Shown here piece by piece: positions 1 to 10,440 of a DNA stretch of 64,000 nucleotides (position 1 is the first letter of the stretch; every line of letters starts with the position of its first letter). The position numbers and the translations under genes were made by a program. The notes beneath the pieces were generated by a model. The model saw nothing but the letters and a program-made list of their open reading frames with translations, was not told the DNA's origin and made no database searches. The stretch comes from Treponemataceae bacterium (GTDB lineage Bacteria > Spirochaetota > Spirochaetia > Treponematales > Rectinemataceae): the NCBI GenBank assembly GCA_963678065.2, contig CAXXVZ010000003.1:1248001-1312000 (forward strand), in the 5' to 3' direction.

Positions 1-384
1 GCCCGAGAGGTCTACGACCGCATCCGCTCCGGCGACCGGGAGGCTCTGTTCGGTTTTTCGCCGCGGCGCGTGCTGGCCTTTTATATCCGCAACCAGGTGT
101 CCACAAAGACACGTTCTCTCTTCCTCGAAGAGCGCGCGAACACCGGGAATGTTCCGCGCTTCCTCAGCGAGTACGGCGGCTTCGGGTGGTACGAGACCGA
201 AGAGAAGGACGCCGTAATCGAGAACATCGAGCGGTATACCCGCGACATAGTCGACTCGGGCCTGTTCTGTGGTTACTGCTATACGCAGCTCTACGACGTC
301 GGCGCGGAGGTCAACGGGCTCCTCGGCTTTGATCGCCGGCCCAAGGTCGACGCCGACCGCGTCAGGGCAGCGAACGGGAAATAG
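1..384 (+). CDS. Glycoside hydrolase family 2 TIM-barrel protein, C-terminal part (5' end outside window)
   Basis: Frame is open from base 1; motifs LSEYGG, GYCYTQLYDV and EVNGLL..DRRPK are typical of GH2 C-termini. Confidence 0.75.
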   Translation, partial: AREVYDRIRSGDREALFGFSPRRVLAFYIRNQVSTKTRSLFLEERANTGNVPRFLSEYGGFGWYETEEKDAVIENIERYTRDIVDSGLFCGYCYTQLYDVGAEVNGLLGFDRRPKVDADRVRAANGK

Positions 385-488
385 GAGTCAATGCCGGCAT
401 TGAGCGGGTGCGCCAGGAATCTGTACAGATTGCGCTCCGTCGTATCATTTTGTACGTTGAAATGCACAGCAGGACAATGATTTACCAA

Positions 489-517
489 TAAAAAAGACCC
501 CCGAATGGGAGCCTTTG
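489..517 (-). terminator. Intrinsic terminator downstream of the tRNA
   Basis: Minus strand AAGGCTCCC-ATTC-GGGGGTCTT hairpin followed by a T run. Confidence 0.6.
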
Positions 518-525
518 AAATTTCC

Positions 526-598
526 TAGCGGGAGAGGGACTTGAACCCACGACCGAGCGGATATGAGCCGCTTGCTCTACCGTCTGAGCTATCCCGCC
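526..598 (-). tRNA. tRNA-Met (CAT), elongator type; CCA not encoded
   Basis: Reverse complement GGCGGGATAGCTCAGACGGTAGAGCAAGCGGCTCATATCCGCTCGGTCGTGGGTTCAAGTCCCTCTCCCGCTA folds as a cloverleaf with anticodon CAT and a GTTCAAG T-loop. It lacks the initiator C1:A72 mismatch and the GGG/CCC anticodon stem. Ile2 is not fully excluded. Confidence 0.9.
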
Positions 599-761
599 AT
601 CACGTTCTTGAACCGAAAGTTTTATATCGGTTTTGGAAGCACTTCGTCAAGTGGCATCGCCCCAAGGCGCGGCGCCGGACTGGGTCCAAAGGCCGCAAAG
701 ACTCACAGCGGGAACAGGCCGGCATTGCGGGAGGGGAGCGGGGAAGGTTATAGTCACGGTC

Positions 762-1427
762 ATGGAATGCAGGCTCTGTGGCGGCGAAGCCTCCGAACTG
801 ATCCTTTCCGGAAGGAAACACGGAGATTGCCCGGAGTGCGGCTATCTCGGCGTCGACGAGAGTCTCTTTCCGGAGCCGGATGCGGAGCGCAGGCGTTACA
901 CTCTCCACAACAATGATCCCGGAGAGCCGGGCTACCGCGCATACCTCGGGACCTTCATCGATGCCGCCCTGAAACCTTTCCTGCCTGGCGGGGCGCGCAT
1001 TCTCGATTTCGGGTCGGGTCCCGTGCCTGCCCTCGGCGCGATACTCGGGCGGCAGGGGTATCGGGTTCGGTCCTGGGACCCCTTTTTCAGCCCTGAATCC
1101 AGATGGGAAGAAGAGGAATGGGATGCCGTCATCCTCCACGAAGTGGCCGAGCACCTTCACCGCCCCGCGCAGACCTTCCGGAAAATCGCCAGCCACATCG
1201 CTCCGGACGGAATCATCGCCCTCCGGACGCGATTCCGTCCCGGGACCAGGGCAGAGCTCGAATCCTGGTGGTACCGGAGCGACATGACCCACGTCGGGTT
1301 CTATTCGCCCCGAAGCTTCGCCGTTCTCGCCGCCAGGATCGGCTTTTCCCTCGCCTTGTGTGCAGCTCCCGACATGGCCGTGCTGAAACAGTATCGAGCT
1401 TGCGCTCCCGTCCGGGCAGAGCTATAG
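762..1427 (+). CDS. Class I SAM-dependent methyltransferase with N-terminal zinc ribbon
   Basis: CRLC...CPEC, ILDFGSGP motif I, HEVAEHLH, WWYRSDMTHVGFYS. Confidence 0.8.
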   Translation: MECRLCGGEASELILSGRKHGDCPECGYLGVDESLFPEPDAERRRYTLHNNDPGEPGYRAYLGTFIDAALKPFLPGGARILDFGSGPVPALGAILGRQGYRVRSWDPFFSPESRWEEEEWDAVILHEVAEHLHRPAQTFRKIASHIAPDGIIALRTRFRPGTRAELESWWYRSDMTHVGFYSPRSFAVLAARIGFSLALCAAPDMAVLKQYRACAPVRAEL

Positions 1428-1462
1428 TTCAGGAATCGTATTCCTGCCATAAGGAGGCAGAT

Positions 1463-1921
1463 ATGGCCGAGTTGCGAAGGAAATCGTCCATTATCCTCCT
1501 CGTCGAAGACAATCCCGATGACGAGGAGCTAACCCGGATGGCTCTTGCCGAGAGTAAGATTCTCAACAAGGTTGTCGTCGCCCAGGACGGTCCCGAAGCC
1601 CTCGATTACCTCCTCGCAACCGGTCCTTACGAAAATCGTGATCCCTCCCTCGATCCCGAACTCGTGCTCCTCGACCTCAAGCTTCCCAAGCTCGGCGGAC
1701 TCGAGGTTCTCCGGAGGATGCGCGCGGAGAAGCGCACACAGATGATACCGGTCGTCGTTCTCACGACATCGAGCGAGGAAGAGGACATCATCGCGAGTTA
1801 CCGTCTCGGAGCAAACAGCTATGTGCGAAAGCCCGTGGAGTTCAACCATTTCGCCGCAGCCGTGAAGCAGCTCGGAATGTACTGGCTCCTTCTCAACGAG
1901 ACACCTCAGAGTTTTTTCTGA
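1463..1921 (+). CDS. Single-domain response regulator (Rcp1-like)
   Basis: LLVEDNPDD, LLDLKLP, LTTS, ANSYVRKP, YWL; AAGGAGG RBS. Confidence 0.9.
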   Translation: MAELRRKSSIILLVEDNPDDEELTRMALAESKILNKVVVAQDGPEALDYLLATGPYENRDPSLDPELVLLDLKLPKLGGLEVLRRMRAEKRTQMIPVVVLTTSSEEEDIIASYRLGANSYVRKPVEFNHFAAAVKQLGMYWLLLNETPQSFF

Positions 1922-1932
1922 GAACATGATTC

Positions 1933-4644
1933 ATGGATCCGAATCGGCCTGCGACGATCGATCCCCCGGCTCTGCCCCTCCGGGTTCTTGTGGTGGAGGA
2001 TTCTCCCGACGACGCGGAACTCATGATCATGCATCTGTCGGAAGAAGGCTTCACCGTCGATTGGCGCAGGGTAGACAACGAGGCGGATTACCTCTCAGCC
2101 CTCAAGGGCAGGCCCGACCTGATCCTTTCCGACTGGACCCTGCCCTGCTTTTCCGGGACACGGGCGCTCTCCCTCCTGCGCGAGCGGAATCTGGACATCC
2201 CGTTCATCATAGTTTCGGGCAACATAGGCGAAGAATCCGCTATAGAGAGCCTCCACCAGGGCGCATACGATTACATTCTCAAGGACAGACCCGGGCGGAT
2301 CGGCAAAGCCGTCCAGAAAGCTCTCGCGGAGAGGGAACAGCTCGAAGCGAACCGGGAGGCGGAGCGGCGTCTTCGCGAAAGCGAAGCGCGCTATCAGGCC
2401 TTTACGGAGGCGACCGTCGACGCCGTATTCATCAAGGATACGCAGTTCCGCTTCGTGATGGTCAACAAGAAAACGCAGGAGCTCTATGCGGCTCCCCCGG
2501 AGCGGCTTATCGGGGCCACGGACTTCGACTTCCTTCCTCCCGAGACCGCGGCGCAGTGCAGGAACTCGGACAGGAAGGCTCTGGAAGAATACAGGGTCGT
2601 CATCAGCGAAGAGACTTTGGGCGAGCGCGTGTTCGAAACGACGAAATTTCCCGTAACATGGGGCGATTCCACCGGCATCGGGGGCTACATCCACGAGATC
2701 ACCGACCGCAAGAAAGCGGCCGAATCCCTCCTCCTCCAGTCCACCGCCCTCGACGCGGCACCCAACGCGATACTCATCACGGACAGATCCGGCTATGTCG
2801 AATGGGTCAACCCGGCCTTCACGAGGTTGACCGGCTACACCGCTGAGGAATGCATCGGCAGGCAGCTCTCCGCCCTGGAGGGGAAGCGGGAGCCTGATCT
2901 GGCGCAGATCGCCGGAATAGTGGATTCTCTGTCCTCGGAGCCCGTCTGGAAGGGCAAGAGCCAGCAGCGCAAAAAGGACGGATCGCTGTACATCGAAGAA
3001 CAGTCGATAACTCCGGTACGGGACGACAAGGGAACACTCCTTCACCTCGTCGTCATCAAGGAGGATGTGACCGAACGCAATCACCGCGAGCGGGAACTCG
3101 TCGCGATGGCGGTCTTCAACTCCTCACTCCGGACGGCTGTCTCCCGCGAGGCGATGCTTCCCGTAACCCTGGATCTTCTCGTCTCCATCTTCCGTACCGA
3201 GACTGCCGCCATCGACTCGATCGACCCGACCTCATGCCGATGGCTGACTGAGCAGGCCCGGGGCGCGTGGGCGGCCCTGACCGGCTCGTGCACCCCCATC
3301 CCCGAAGGCGCCTCCGTGGAAGCCACGAGCACAGGACAGTACCACGTTGCCGGCATGCCGAAAGACAGTCCCGCGCTCGCTCCGGACACGGGGGATGGAC
3401 TCCTGTCCATCGCCTCCTACCTGACAGGACAAGGGCTCGTCATAGGCAGACTCAGGGTCGGACGAAAGGAATCCTGGTCGGAGAGCGACGTCAAGCTTCT
3501 CGAAGTCATCTCCGAAATCGTGGCCACCTACATGATCACGGCCGCCCTGCGGGAGAAAACCGAGGAGAAACTTCATCAGCTCACGGCCCTGCAGAAAATC
3601 GACCACGCCATCAGCGGAAGCCTGGACCTCGAGTTCATCCTCAACGTTCTCCTGGACCAGACTCTCGGCCTCTTGTCCTGCGACGCGGCGTCCATACTCA
3701 TCTGGAATCCTGCCACACAGTACCTGGAGCACATCGCTGCCCGCGGTTTCAATGGCCTGGAAGTACTCGATGTTCACTTGCGACTGGGCGAAGGCGAATC
3801 GGGAAGGGCGGCACTGGAACGCCGCACGCGCACCATCCTCGATCTGCGGAGGGATGAAGGCATCCTCGCCAGATCGAAGCTGGTCAGGGAAGAGGGCTTC
3901 ATCACCCACCACACGACTCCTCTCATCGTCAAGGGCGAGATCAAGGGCATCCTCCAGGTCTTCCACCGGAGACTCCACGATCCCAAGCCGGGATGGTACG
4001 AATTCTTCGAGACCCTCGCGCAGCAGGCGGCCATAGCCATCGACAATGCCGGCATGTTCGAAAGCCTGCAGAAGGCCAACGCCGAGCTTTCGCGCGCGTA
4101 CGATGCCACGATCGAAGGCTGGTCCAGGGCCATGGACCTCAGGGACAAAGAGACGGAAGGTCACTCGCAGCGCGTTACTGACTTGACGGTGCGACTCGGA
4201 AGGATGCTCGGCATGGGCGAGGGCGAAATAGTACAGCTCAGAAGGGGCGCCCTCCTCCACGACATGGGCAAGATGGGCGTCCCCGACCACATCCTCTTCA
4301 AACCCGGTCCCCTGACGGAAGAAGAGTGGGTCATCATGAAGCGACATCCTGTCGACGCCTTCAACATGCTCTCATCCATCGACTACCTCGTCCCGGCTCT
4401 GGACATCCCCTACTGCCACCACGAAAAGTGGGACGGCACCGGCTACCCGAGAGGCCTCAGGGGCGAAGAGATCCCCCTTCCCGCCCGGATATTCGCCATC
4501 GTCGACGTCTGGGACGCCCTCACGAGCGATCGCCCCTACCGCAAAGCCTGGACACAGGAGCGGACCCTGGAGCACATACGGAGTCAGTCGGGGAGCCACT
4601 TCGATCCTGCCATCGTCGAGGCCTTCTTCAAGATCCTGGTCTGA
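1933..4644 (+). CDS. REC-PAS-PAS-GAF-GAF-HD-GYP c-di-GMP phosphodiesterase
   Basis: N-terminal receiver (VEDSPDD, SDWTLP), PAS (WVNPAFTRLTGY), GAF region, HDMGK, HHEKWDGTGYP and DALTSDRPYRKAW. Confidence 0.9.
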   Translation: MDPNRPATIDPPALPLRVLVVEDSPDDAELMIMHLSEEGFTVDWRRVDNEADYLSALKGRPDLILSDWTLPCFSGTRALSLLRERNLDIPFIIVSGNIGEESAIESLHQGAYDYILKDRPGRIGKAVQKALAEREQLEANREAERRLRESEARYQAFTEATVDAVFIKDTQFRFVMVNKKTQELYAAPPERLIGATDFDFLPPETAAQCRNSDRKALEEYRVVISEETLGERVFETTKFPVTWGDSTGIGGYIHEITDRKKAAESLLLQSTALDAAPNAILITDRSGYVEWVNPAFTRLTGYTAEECIGRQLSALEGKREPDLAQIAGIVDSLSSEPVWKGKSQQRKKDGSLYIEEQSITPVRDDKGTLLHLVVIKEDVTERNHRERELVAMAVFNSSLRTAVSREAMLPVTLDLLVSIFRTETAAIDSIDPTSCRWLTEQARGAWAALTGSCTPIPEGASVEATSTGQYHVAGMPKDSPALAPDTGDGLLSIASYLTGQGLVIGRLRVGRKESWSESDVKLLEVISEIVATYMITAALREKTEEKLHQLTALQKIDHAISGSLDLEFILNVLLDQTLGLLSCDAASILIWNPATQYLEHIAARGFNGLEVLDVHLRLGEGESGRAALERRTRTILDLRRDEGILARSKLVREEGFITHHTTPLIVKGEIKGILQVFHRRLHDPKPGWYEFFETLAQQAAIAIDNAGMFESLQKANAELSRAYDATIEGWSRAMDLRDKETEGHSQRVTDLTVRLGRMLGMGEGEIVQLRRGALLHDMGKMGVPDHILFKPGPLTEEEWVIMKRHPVDAFNMLSSIDYLVPALDIPYCHHEKWDGTGYPRGLRGEEIPLPARIFAIVDVWDALTSDRPYRKAWTQERTLEHIRSQSGSHFDPAIVEAFFKILV

Positions 4645-4701
4645 GGACCGGAATTGTGCCTAGTATCCTATTGCATAAACATGACACGAAGGAGGATCGG
4701 A

Positions 4702-5568
4702 GTGCGGGAACGGGAAAAACCGGTGATCGGCATCTACGAAAAGGCTCTGCCGCCAGGACTCTCATGGTCGCGCATGCTCGATACAGCGAAAGGGGCCGGT
4801 TACGATTATATCGAGATGTCGATCGACGAATCGGATACACGCCTCGCGAGGCTGTCCTGGACGGCCGGAGAGCGGGCGGAGTTCCGGAATACCGTGGCCG
4901 ATTCGGGCCTGCGGGTTCCATCCATCTGCCTTTCGGGGCACAGAAAGTACCCATTCGGCAGCGCCGATCCTGCAATCCGCCGCCGCGCCCGCGACATCAT
5001 GGAGTCGGCCATCGACTTCGCGGTGGATTGTGGCGTCCGCACGCTGCAACTCGCCGGCTACGACGTGTACTATGAGGCTTCCACCCCGGAAAGCCTCGTC
5101 CGCTTCGAGGAGGGCCTCGAGTGGGCCGTCGGGCTTGCAGAGAAGTCACAGGTCTGCCTCGCCATGGAGATCATGGACACTCCCCTCATGGGCTCGATCA
5201 CGAAGTGGCTGAGTTACGCGAACAGGATCCCGAGCGCCTGGTTCCAGGTCTACCCTGACCTCGGCAATCTCTCGGCCTGGGGCAACAACGTTCCCGTCGA
5301 ACTCGCCCTCGCGCGCGGCAGGATTGCGGCTGTCCACCTCAAGGATACCCTGGCCGTGAGGCCTGGTTTCCCGGGCCAGTTCCGGGACCTTCCCTTCGGA
5401 CAGGGCTGCGTCGACTTTCCGGCAGCCTTCAGGGCCCTGGACGCGATCGGCTACAATGGGGCATACCTCATTGAAATGTGGACCGACAAGGCACGGGACC
5501 CCGTCACGGAAATCGTGAACGCGCGGGCCTGGATGCTGGAAAGAATGCGCGAGGGAGGAATCGCATGA
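4702..5568 (+). CDS. ulaE: L-ribulose-5-phosphate 3-epimerase (L-xylulose-5-P 3-epimerase)
   Basis: [57 protein letters not shown] start after AGGAGG. Confidence 0.9.
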   Translation: MREREKPVIGIYEKALPPGLSWSRMLDTAKGAGYDYIEMSIDESDTRLARLSWTAGERAEFRNTVADSGLRVPSICLSGHRKYPFGSADPAIRRRARDIMESAIDFAVDCGVRTLQLAGYDVYYEASTPESLVRFEEGLEWAVGLAEKSQVCLAMEIMDTPLMGSITKWLSYANRIPSAWFQVYPDLGNLSAWGNNVPVELALARGRIAAVHLKDTLAVRPGFPGQFRDLPFGQGCVDFPAAFRALDAIGYNGAYLIEMWTDKARDPVTEIVNARAWMLERMREGGIA

Positions 5569-6263
5569 CAGTACAGGAACTTAAAGAATCAGTGCTCGAG
5601 GCCAATCTCGAACTCCCGGCATACGGACTCGCCCTGTTCACCTGGGGCAACGCCAGCGGGATCGACCGGGAGAGAGGTCTCGTGGCCATAAAACCCTCGG
5701 GAGTTCCCTACGAAGGTATGACGGCAGACGACATGGTCGTCGTCGATCTCGACGGAAAGGTCGTGGAAGGGGCATACAAACCCTCGTCGGACCTCGCCAC
5801 ACACCTCGTGCTCTACAGGGCCTTCGCGTCCTGCATGGGTGTCGTCCACACCCACTCCACCCACGCGACGGCCTTCGCGCAGGCCGCTTCGGACATCCCG
5901 GCCGAGGGCACGACCCACGCCGATCACTTCTACGGCACCATCCCCTGCACCCGCGCGATGACGCGTTCGGAAATCGGCGGGGCCTACGAGGCGGAAACCG
6001 GCACTGTCATCGTCGAGGCCTTCCGGACCCGCGGAATCGATCCCGCCATGATGCCAGCCGTCCTCGTGCGCGGCCACGGACCCTTCGCGTGGGGAAAGGA
6101 TCCCAAGGACGCCGTCCACAACGCCGTCGTTCTGGAGGAAGTCGCGCGCATGGCCATCCTCGCGAGAACGATCGGCCCGGCCGTTTCAATACCCAAGGAA
6201 CTTCTCGACAGGCACTTCCTGCGCAAGCACGGGGCGGGCGCTTACTACGGACAGTCCAAATAG
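5565..6263 (+). CDS. araD: L-ribulose-5-phosphate 4-epimerase (AraD/UlaF/SgbE)
   Basis: [53 protein letters not shown]. Confidence 0.92.
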   Translation: MTVQELKESVLEANLELPAYGLALFTWGNASGIDRERGLVAIKPSGVPYEGMTADDMVVVDLDGKVVEGAYKPSSDLATHLVLYRAFASCMGVVHTHSTHATAFAQAASDIPAEGTTHADHFYGTIPCTRAMTRSEIGGAYEAETGTVIVEAFRTRGIDPAMMPAVLVRGHGPFAWGKDPKDAVHNAVVLEEVARMAILARTIGPAVSIPKELLDRHFLRKHGAGAYYGQSK

Positions 6264-6279
6264 GGTATGAATTTCGGGC

Positions 6280-7209
6280 ATGAAAGGCACTGACAAAAAA
6301 ATCACGGTCCTCGCCCTCGATCTCGACGGGACTGTCGTCACGCACGACTACCGGATGTCCGACCGGACAATCGCTGCCGTAGCGCGATTCAGGGAATCAG
6401 GTCGAGAAGTCCTTGTAGCCTCGGGCAGATCGGCGCGCGCCGCCTTTCCCTGGGCGCAGAGGCTCGGCGGCGTCTCGGGCATGATCTGCCACAACGGAGC
6501 CGCGGTCTATTCGATGCGGGCGGCCTATTCGCCGCGGCCGGCTCATGGCGCGACGGTTCATGGCGCGACAGCCCAAGGCGCTGACGGCCTGGATGAGGAA
6601 GCTCCGTACACACTCGTCGCCTCGACCCTCCTGCCCGAGGCGGTCGCCCGGAAACTCATAGCTTTCTCGCGGGGCAGCGGTCTCCACTTCCACGCCTTCG
6701 CGGGGGACGAGTGGCTCTATGAGCGGAAGGAGCGCGGAACGGAGATATACGCCGCCCGCGCCGGGTTCTCGGGAACAAAGACGGATTTCGATTCGATCGG
6801 GCAATACAGGTTCTTCAAGGCCATGTTCGTGGACCTTCCCGGTCCTGGCATGGAAAAGCTCGCACTCGAGCTGCGGAGCCTGCTCGGGGATGAAGCAGAA
6901 ATCATGATTACCTCGCCAGGTTTTCTTGAAGTCGTCGCTCCCGGAGTGTCCAAAGCGGAAGGGCTTTCGGAATGGCTCGCCGCGCGAGGGAAGAGCCATG
7001 GCGAACTGCTCGCCATCGGAGACGCCGACAACGACGAGGCCATGCTCCTTTCTGCAGGGATCGGCGTCGCCATGGGCAGCGCTCCGGATGCATTGAAGCG
7101 AAAAGTAGGCCGGGTCACCGGCACAGTGGACGAAGACGGGGCCGCGGCCGCGATCGAGGCCTTTCTCGAAGGGAAGTTCCAGAAAAGCTTTTCCGGGCGG
7201 GGAATGTGA
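6280..7209 (+). CDS. Cof-type HAD-IIB sugar phosphatase
   Basis: DLDGT, ASGRS, HNGA, VSKAEGL, IGDADND motifs. Confidence 0.88.
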   Translation: MKGTDKKITVLALDLDGTVVTHDYRMSDRTIAAVARFRESGREVLVASGRSARAAFPWAQRLGGVSGMICHNGAAVYSMRAAYSPRPAHGATVHGATAQGADGLDEEAPYTLVASTLLPEAVARKLIAFSRGSGLHFHAFAGDEWLYERKERGTEIYAARAGFSGTKTDFDSIGQYRFFKAMFVDLPGPGMEKLALELRSLLGDEAEIMITSPGFLEVVAPGVSKAEGLSEWLAARGKSHGELLAIGDADNDEAMLLSAGIGVAMGSAPDALKRKVGRVTGTVDEDGAAAAIEAFLEGKFQKSFSGRGM

Positions 7210-7235
7210 TGCCCCGGCCGGCCAAACTTCCCCAG

Positions 7236-8261
7236 TCAGGGCACTATTTCGTAGAGCGCCACTTCACCGATCTCGCGGTTCGCGGCGAGGATCATGTCGG
7301 AGTCGGCCTTGTGGTACACGGCGATGTTGCTGGCCCCGCCTGAGTTGTCGATCATGAATCGGTCGATGCCGCCCGAGGACGCGTTCCAGGTGAAGCAGTT
7401 GAGCTCGCGGTTGCCCTTGCGCCCTCCGATGATGAAGGCCGGTTTCCCCGCTATTTTTCCGCCCCACACGACATGGCCGAACTCGTATTCATGCTCGAGG
7501 ACAGGGATGAGCTTTTCACCCTTCTTTCTGTAGATCATGCCCTTCGAACCATGAAAAGGTTCGATCGTCGCGAGTTCGAGTTCTCCGTCGCCGTCTATGT
7601 CGCAGACGGCCATATCGCTCACCTCGTGGCCGATGATGCGCTCGCTCTCCCATGTCCCGTCGGGCGTCTGTGGGATGTAGAGCACGAAGACGCCCTCGAC
7701 GCCCGAAACGAAGTAGGCCGCCCTCCCCTTCCAGCTCGCCTTGCAGAAGCCGTGGTTCTTCGTGATGCCGCCGATCACGGGCCGTATCGCGAAGGGACCG
7801 TCCAGAACCTCGGGAAGCTCTCCGACATAGACCGAGCCGGGCTTGGTCCAGTCGTCTTTGCCCTCCTTGAAAAGGGCGAGGGTCGCCCCGACGAGGAAGC
7901 GCTTCGAACCCACCTCGCAGACGTCGAAGCGGTGCAGGTAGGGAATCGTCATGAGCGGCCTTACGGACCAGGCGCCACCAGCGTACTTCACGTGGACGAT
8001 CTTGGATTCCTTGGCCTGGAAGGTGGGCACGAAATCCTGTGTTGCGAGGAACTCATCTTTCACGCCGGGAATGGGAACGATGTTCATTGTGCCGCCGGGG
8101 CCTGTCCAGACCGTGTCGGCACTGTGGTCGACGTCGGAGTAGGCGACACAGGGGCCTACTCCCTCCGTGGCGACAATGTAGCGCGCGATGCCGCCGATCT
8201 CCATGGCACAGGTGGCGTAGCATTTGTCGAGCTGGGCGAGAACTGTTTTGGTGACGGTCAT
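7236..8261 (-). CDS. Hypothetical protein, probable beta-propeller with an FG-GAP-like repeat
   Basis: 341-aa ORF directly after ulaG with an RBS; beta-strand-rich; DIDGDGELE motif; several His residues (YLHRF, KNHGF, PFHG, FGHVV). Confidence 0.65.
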   Translation of the reverse strand: MTVTKTVLAQLDKCYATCAMEIGGIARYIVATEGVGPCVAYSDVDHSADTVWTGPGGTMNIVPIPGVKDEFLATQDFVPTFQAKESKIVHVKYAGGAWSVRPLMTIPYLHRFDVCEVGSKRFLVGATLALFKEGKDDWTKPGSVYVGELPEVLDGPFAIRPVIGGITKNHGFCKASWKGRAAYFVSGVEGVFVLYIPQTPDGTWESERIIGHEVSDMAVCDIDGDGELELATIEPFHGSKGMIYRKKGEKLIPVLEHEYEFGHVVWGGKIAGKPAFIIGGRKGNRELNCFTWNASSGGIDRFMIDNSGGASNIAVYHKADSDMILAANREIGEVALYEIVP

Positions 8262-8293
8262 GTCGGGATCTCCTTGCGCGCCGCCGATTCGAT

Positions 8294-9358
8294 TTAAAGG
8301 AAGGACGGGAAGGGAAGATCATGTTCGCCCGCGAACACGTCCTCGAAGCCGCGCGGGTGGTGGTACTCGAGCCTGTCCCGGTCGGCCGGCCAGACGAACT
8401 TGCCTCCGACCTGCCAGCTGAAGGGCTTGAACGAGTACTGAAGCCTGTCCTTGCGCATCTTCCACAGGGCGATGATTTCGGCGGGATCGGCCTGGAAGTT
8501 GGACCAGATGTCGTGGTGGAAGGGAATGACAACCTTGGTCTTCAGGCATTCGGCCATTCTGAGGATGTCCACGCTCGTCATCTTGTCGGTGATTCCGCGC
8601 GGATTCTCGCCGAAAGAGCCGAGGGCGACGTCGATCTCGTGGTCGTTGCCGTGCTTGGCGTAGTAGTTGGAGTAGTGCGAGTCGCCAGAGTGGTAGAGGC
8701 TGCCGCCCGGAGTCTTGAAGAGGTAGTTCACGGCCATCCTGTCCATGTCCATGGGCATCTGTCCCTTCAGGGTGACGCCGACGGGGGCGGTGATCTGGGC
8801 CGTGCGGTCGAAGGATTCGAGGACGACGATCTCGACATCCTTGATCTTCACACTGTCGCCGGGTTTGACCGTGATGCAGCGCTCAGGCGGCACGCCCCAG
8901 GAGGTCCAGAGCGCCACGCAGGCCGCAGGCCCTATGAAGGGCACGGTGGCCGGGCAGTTTTTCATGACAGCGGCCGCGACGTTCGCGTCGATGTGGTCGT
9001 TGTGATTGTGGGTGGACATGATCGCGTCGACATTCCTGATCGCGAAGGGATCGAGGACAAAGACCGAGTTGCGCAGGTTGGCCTGGAGCTTCTGCACGCC
9101 CGTCATTCTCTGCATCTGGTGACCGGGCGTCATGGCCGGGTTCTTCATGGAGCGCTTGCCGGTTCCGACCCAGAAGTCGACGCAGAGATTGGCTTTGCCC
9201 TCCGACTTGAGCCAGATGCCGGTGCAGCCGAGCCACCACATGGCGAAGCTTCCGGGGGCGACGACTTCGCGCTCGATCTCCTCGTTGAGCCAGGTTCCCC
9301 ATTCAGGGAAGGTGGCGAGAACCCAGGATTCCCTGGTTATCGAATCGATTTTGGACAT
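8294..9358 (-). CDS. ulaG: L-ascorbate-6-phosphate lactonase (metallo-beta-lactamase fold)
   Basis: [58 protein letters not shown] and PFHHDIW match UlaG. Confidence 0.93.
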   Translation of the reverse strand: MSKIDSITRESWVLATFPEWGTWLNEEIEREVVAPGSFAMWWLGCTGIWLKSEGKANLCVDFWVGTGKRSMKNPAMTPGHQMQRMTGVQKLQANLRNSVFVLDPFAIRNVDAIMSTHNHNDHIDANVAAAVMKNCPATVPFIGPAACVALWTSWGVPPERCITVKPGDSVKIKDVEIVVLESFDRTAQITAPVGVTLKGQMPMDMDRMAVNYLFKTPGGSLYHSGDSHYSNYYAKHGNDHEIDVALGSFGENPRGITDKMTSVDILRMAECLKTKVVIPFHHDIWSNFQADPAEIIALWKMRKDRLQYSFKPFSWQVGGKFVWPADRDRLEYHHPRGFEDVFAGEHDLPFPSFL

Positions 9359-9459
9359 TGTTTCCTCCAGTTTGTTGTGCGGGCTGTGGCCGCGGACGGA
9401 ATCGGGTCCGTCCATGCCGGCGCGGCAGTCCCTCCGGTATCAGATACTTGCCTGCTTCA

Positions 9460-10440
9460 TCAGATACTCGCCTGCTTCCTGCCGAGGCCGCCGGAACCGA
9501 ACTTTTTCGGCACGAGGTAGCCCTCGTTCAGAAGGAGAGCGAGGATGATGACGACGCCCGTGACTATCGGGTGGTAGGTAGCGGGTATGTTCAGAAGATT
9601 GAGGCCGTTGATGATGAAGGCGACCATGACGGCGCCGAGCAGTCCTCCGACGACGGAGCCCTTGCCGCCGACGGGACTCGTGCCTCCGATGACGAGGGCG
9701 GTCATGACTTCGAGCTCGATGCCGGAGGCCGCCGCCGCGAAGACCTGCTGGGTGAGCGAGGCCAGGACTACGCCGCCGACCGCGGAGGTCATGCCCGAGA
9801 TGGTGTAGGAAGCCAACCTGATCCTGTCGGGATCGATGCCGGAGAGCTTGGCGGCGACCTCGTTCGCGCCGACCGCCATCACCTTGCGTCCGAAGGCCGT
9901 CCGCTTCAGCACGAACTGGCTGACGACCACAAGGACGACCATGATGTAGATCGGATTGGGAAGCCCCATGAACCTGCCCGTCCCGATGGCTATGAAGGGT
10001 TTGGGTCCGCGGATCGCGAGCATGGCTCCCTGGGAGACAACGAGTCCCACGCCGTAAAGGTAGGTCTTCGCGGCCATGGTGACGACGAAGGCGGGCACCT
10101 TGATCTTGGCGACTATGAATCCATTGAACAGTCCGATAAGGCCACCTGTCGCGATGGTCAGGGCGATGGCGGGGACCCAGTTCATGCCGAAACGGTTCAT
10201 GAACATGTCGGCGATGATGCCGAGGAGCGCGGCCATCGAGCCGAGGGAGAGGTCGATTCCACCCGTTATGCGCGGATAGATGGCCCCCGCCGACAGGATG
10301 CCGATGAGGCAGACCGACCAGATCACGTTCGTGAGGTTGTCGATGGTGAGGAACCTCGGAGAAAGGATTGTGAGAGCCACCATGAGGGGGAGAAGGACGG
10401 CGGCGAGCTTGAGCTCGGACATCATCGGTTTACTTTTCAT
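9460..10440 (-). CDS. Monosaccharide ABC transporter permease (RbsC family)
   Basis: GGIDLSLGS, AVGANEVAAKLSGI, VIGGT..GGKGS; hydrophobic. Confidence 0.88.
   Translation of the reverse strand: MKSKPMMSELKLAAVLLPLMVALTILSPRFLTIDNLTNVIWSVCLIGILSAGAIYPRITGGIDLSLGSMAALLGIIADMFMNRFGMNWVPAIALTIATGGLIGLFNGFIVAKIKVPAFVVTMAAKTYLYGVGLVVSQGAMLAIRGPKPFIAIGTGRFMGLPNPIYIMVVLVVVSQFVLKRTAFGRKVMAVGANEVAAKLSGIDPDRIRLASYTISGMTSAVGGVVLASLTQQVFAAAASGIELEVMTALVIGGTSPVGGKGSVVGGLLGAVMVAFIINGLNLLNIPATYHPIVTGVVIILALLLNEGYLVPKKFGSGGLGRKQASI

Noticed and set aside
526..598. tRNA as an island integration site
   Set aside because: No integrase nearby and I saw no duplicate of the tRNA 3' end in the window.
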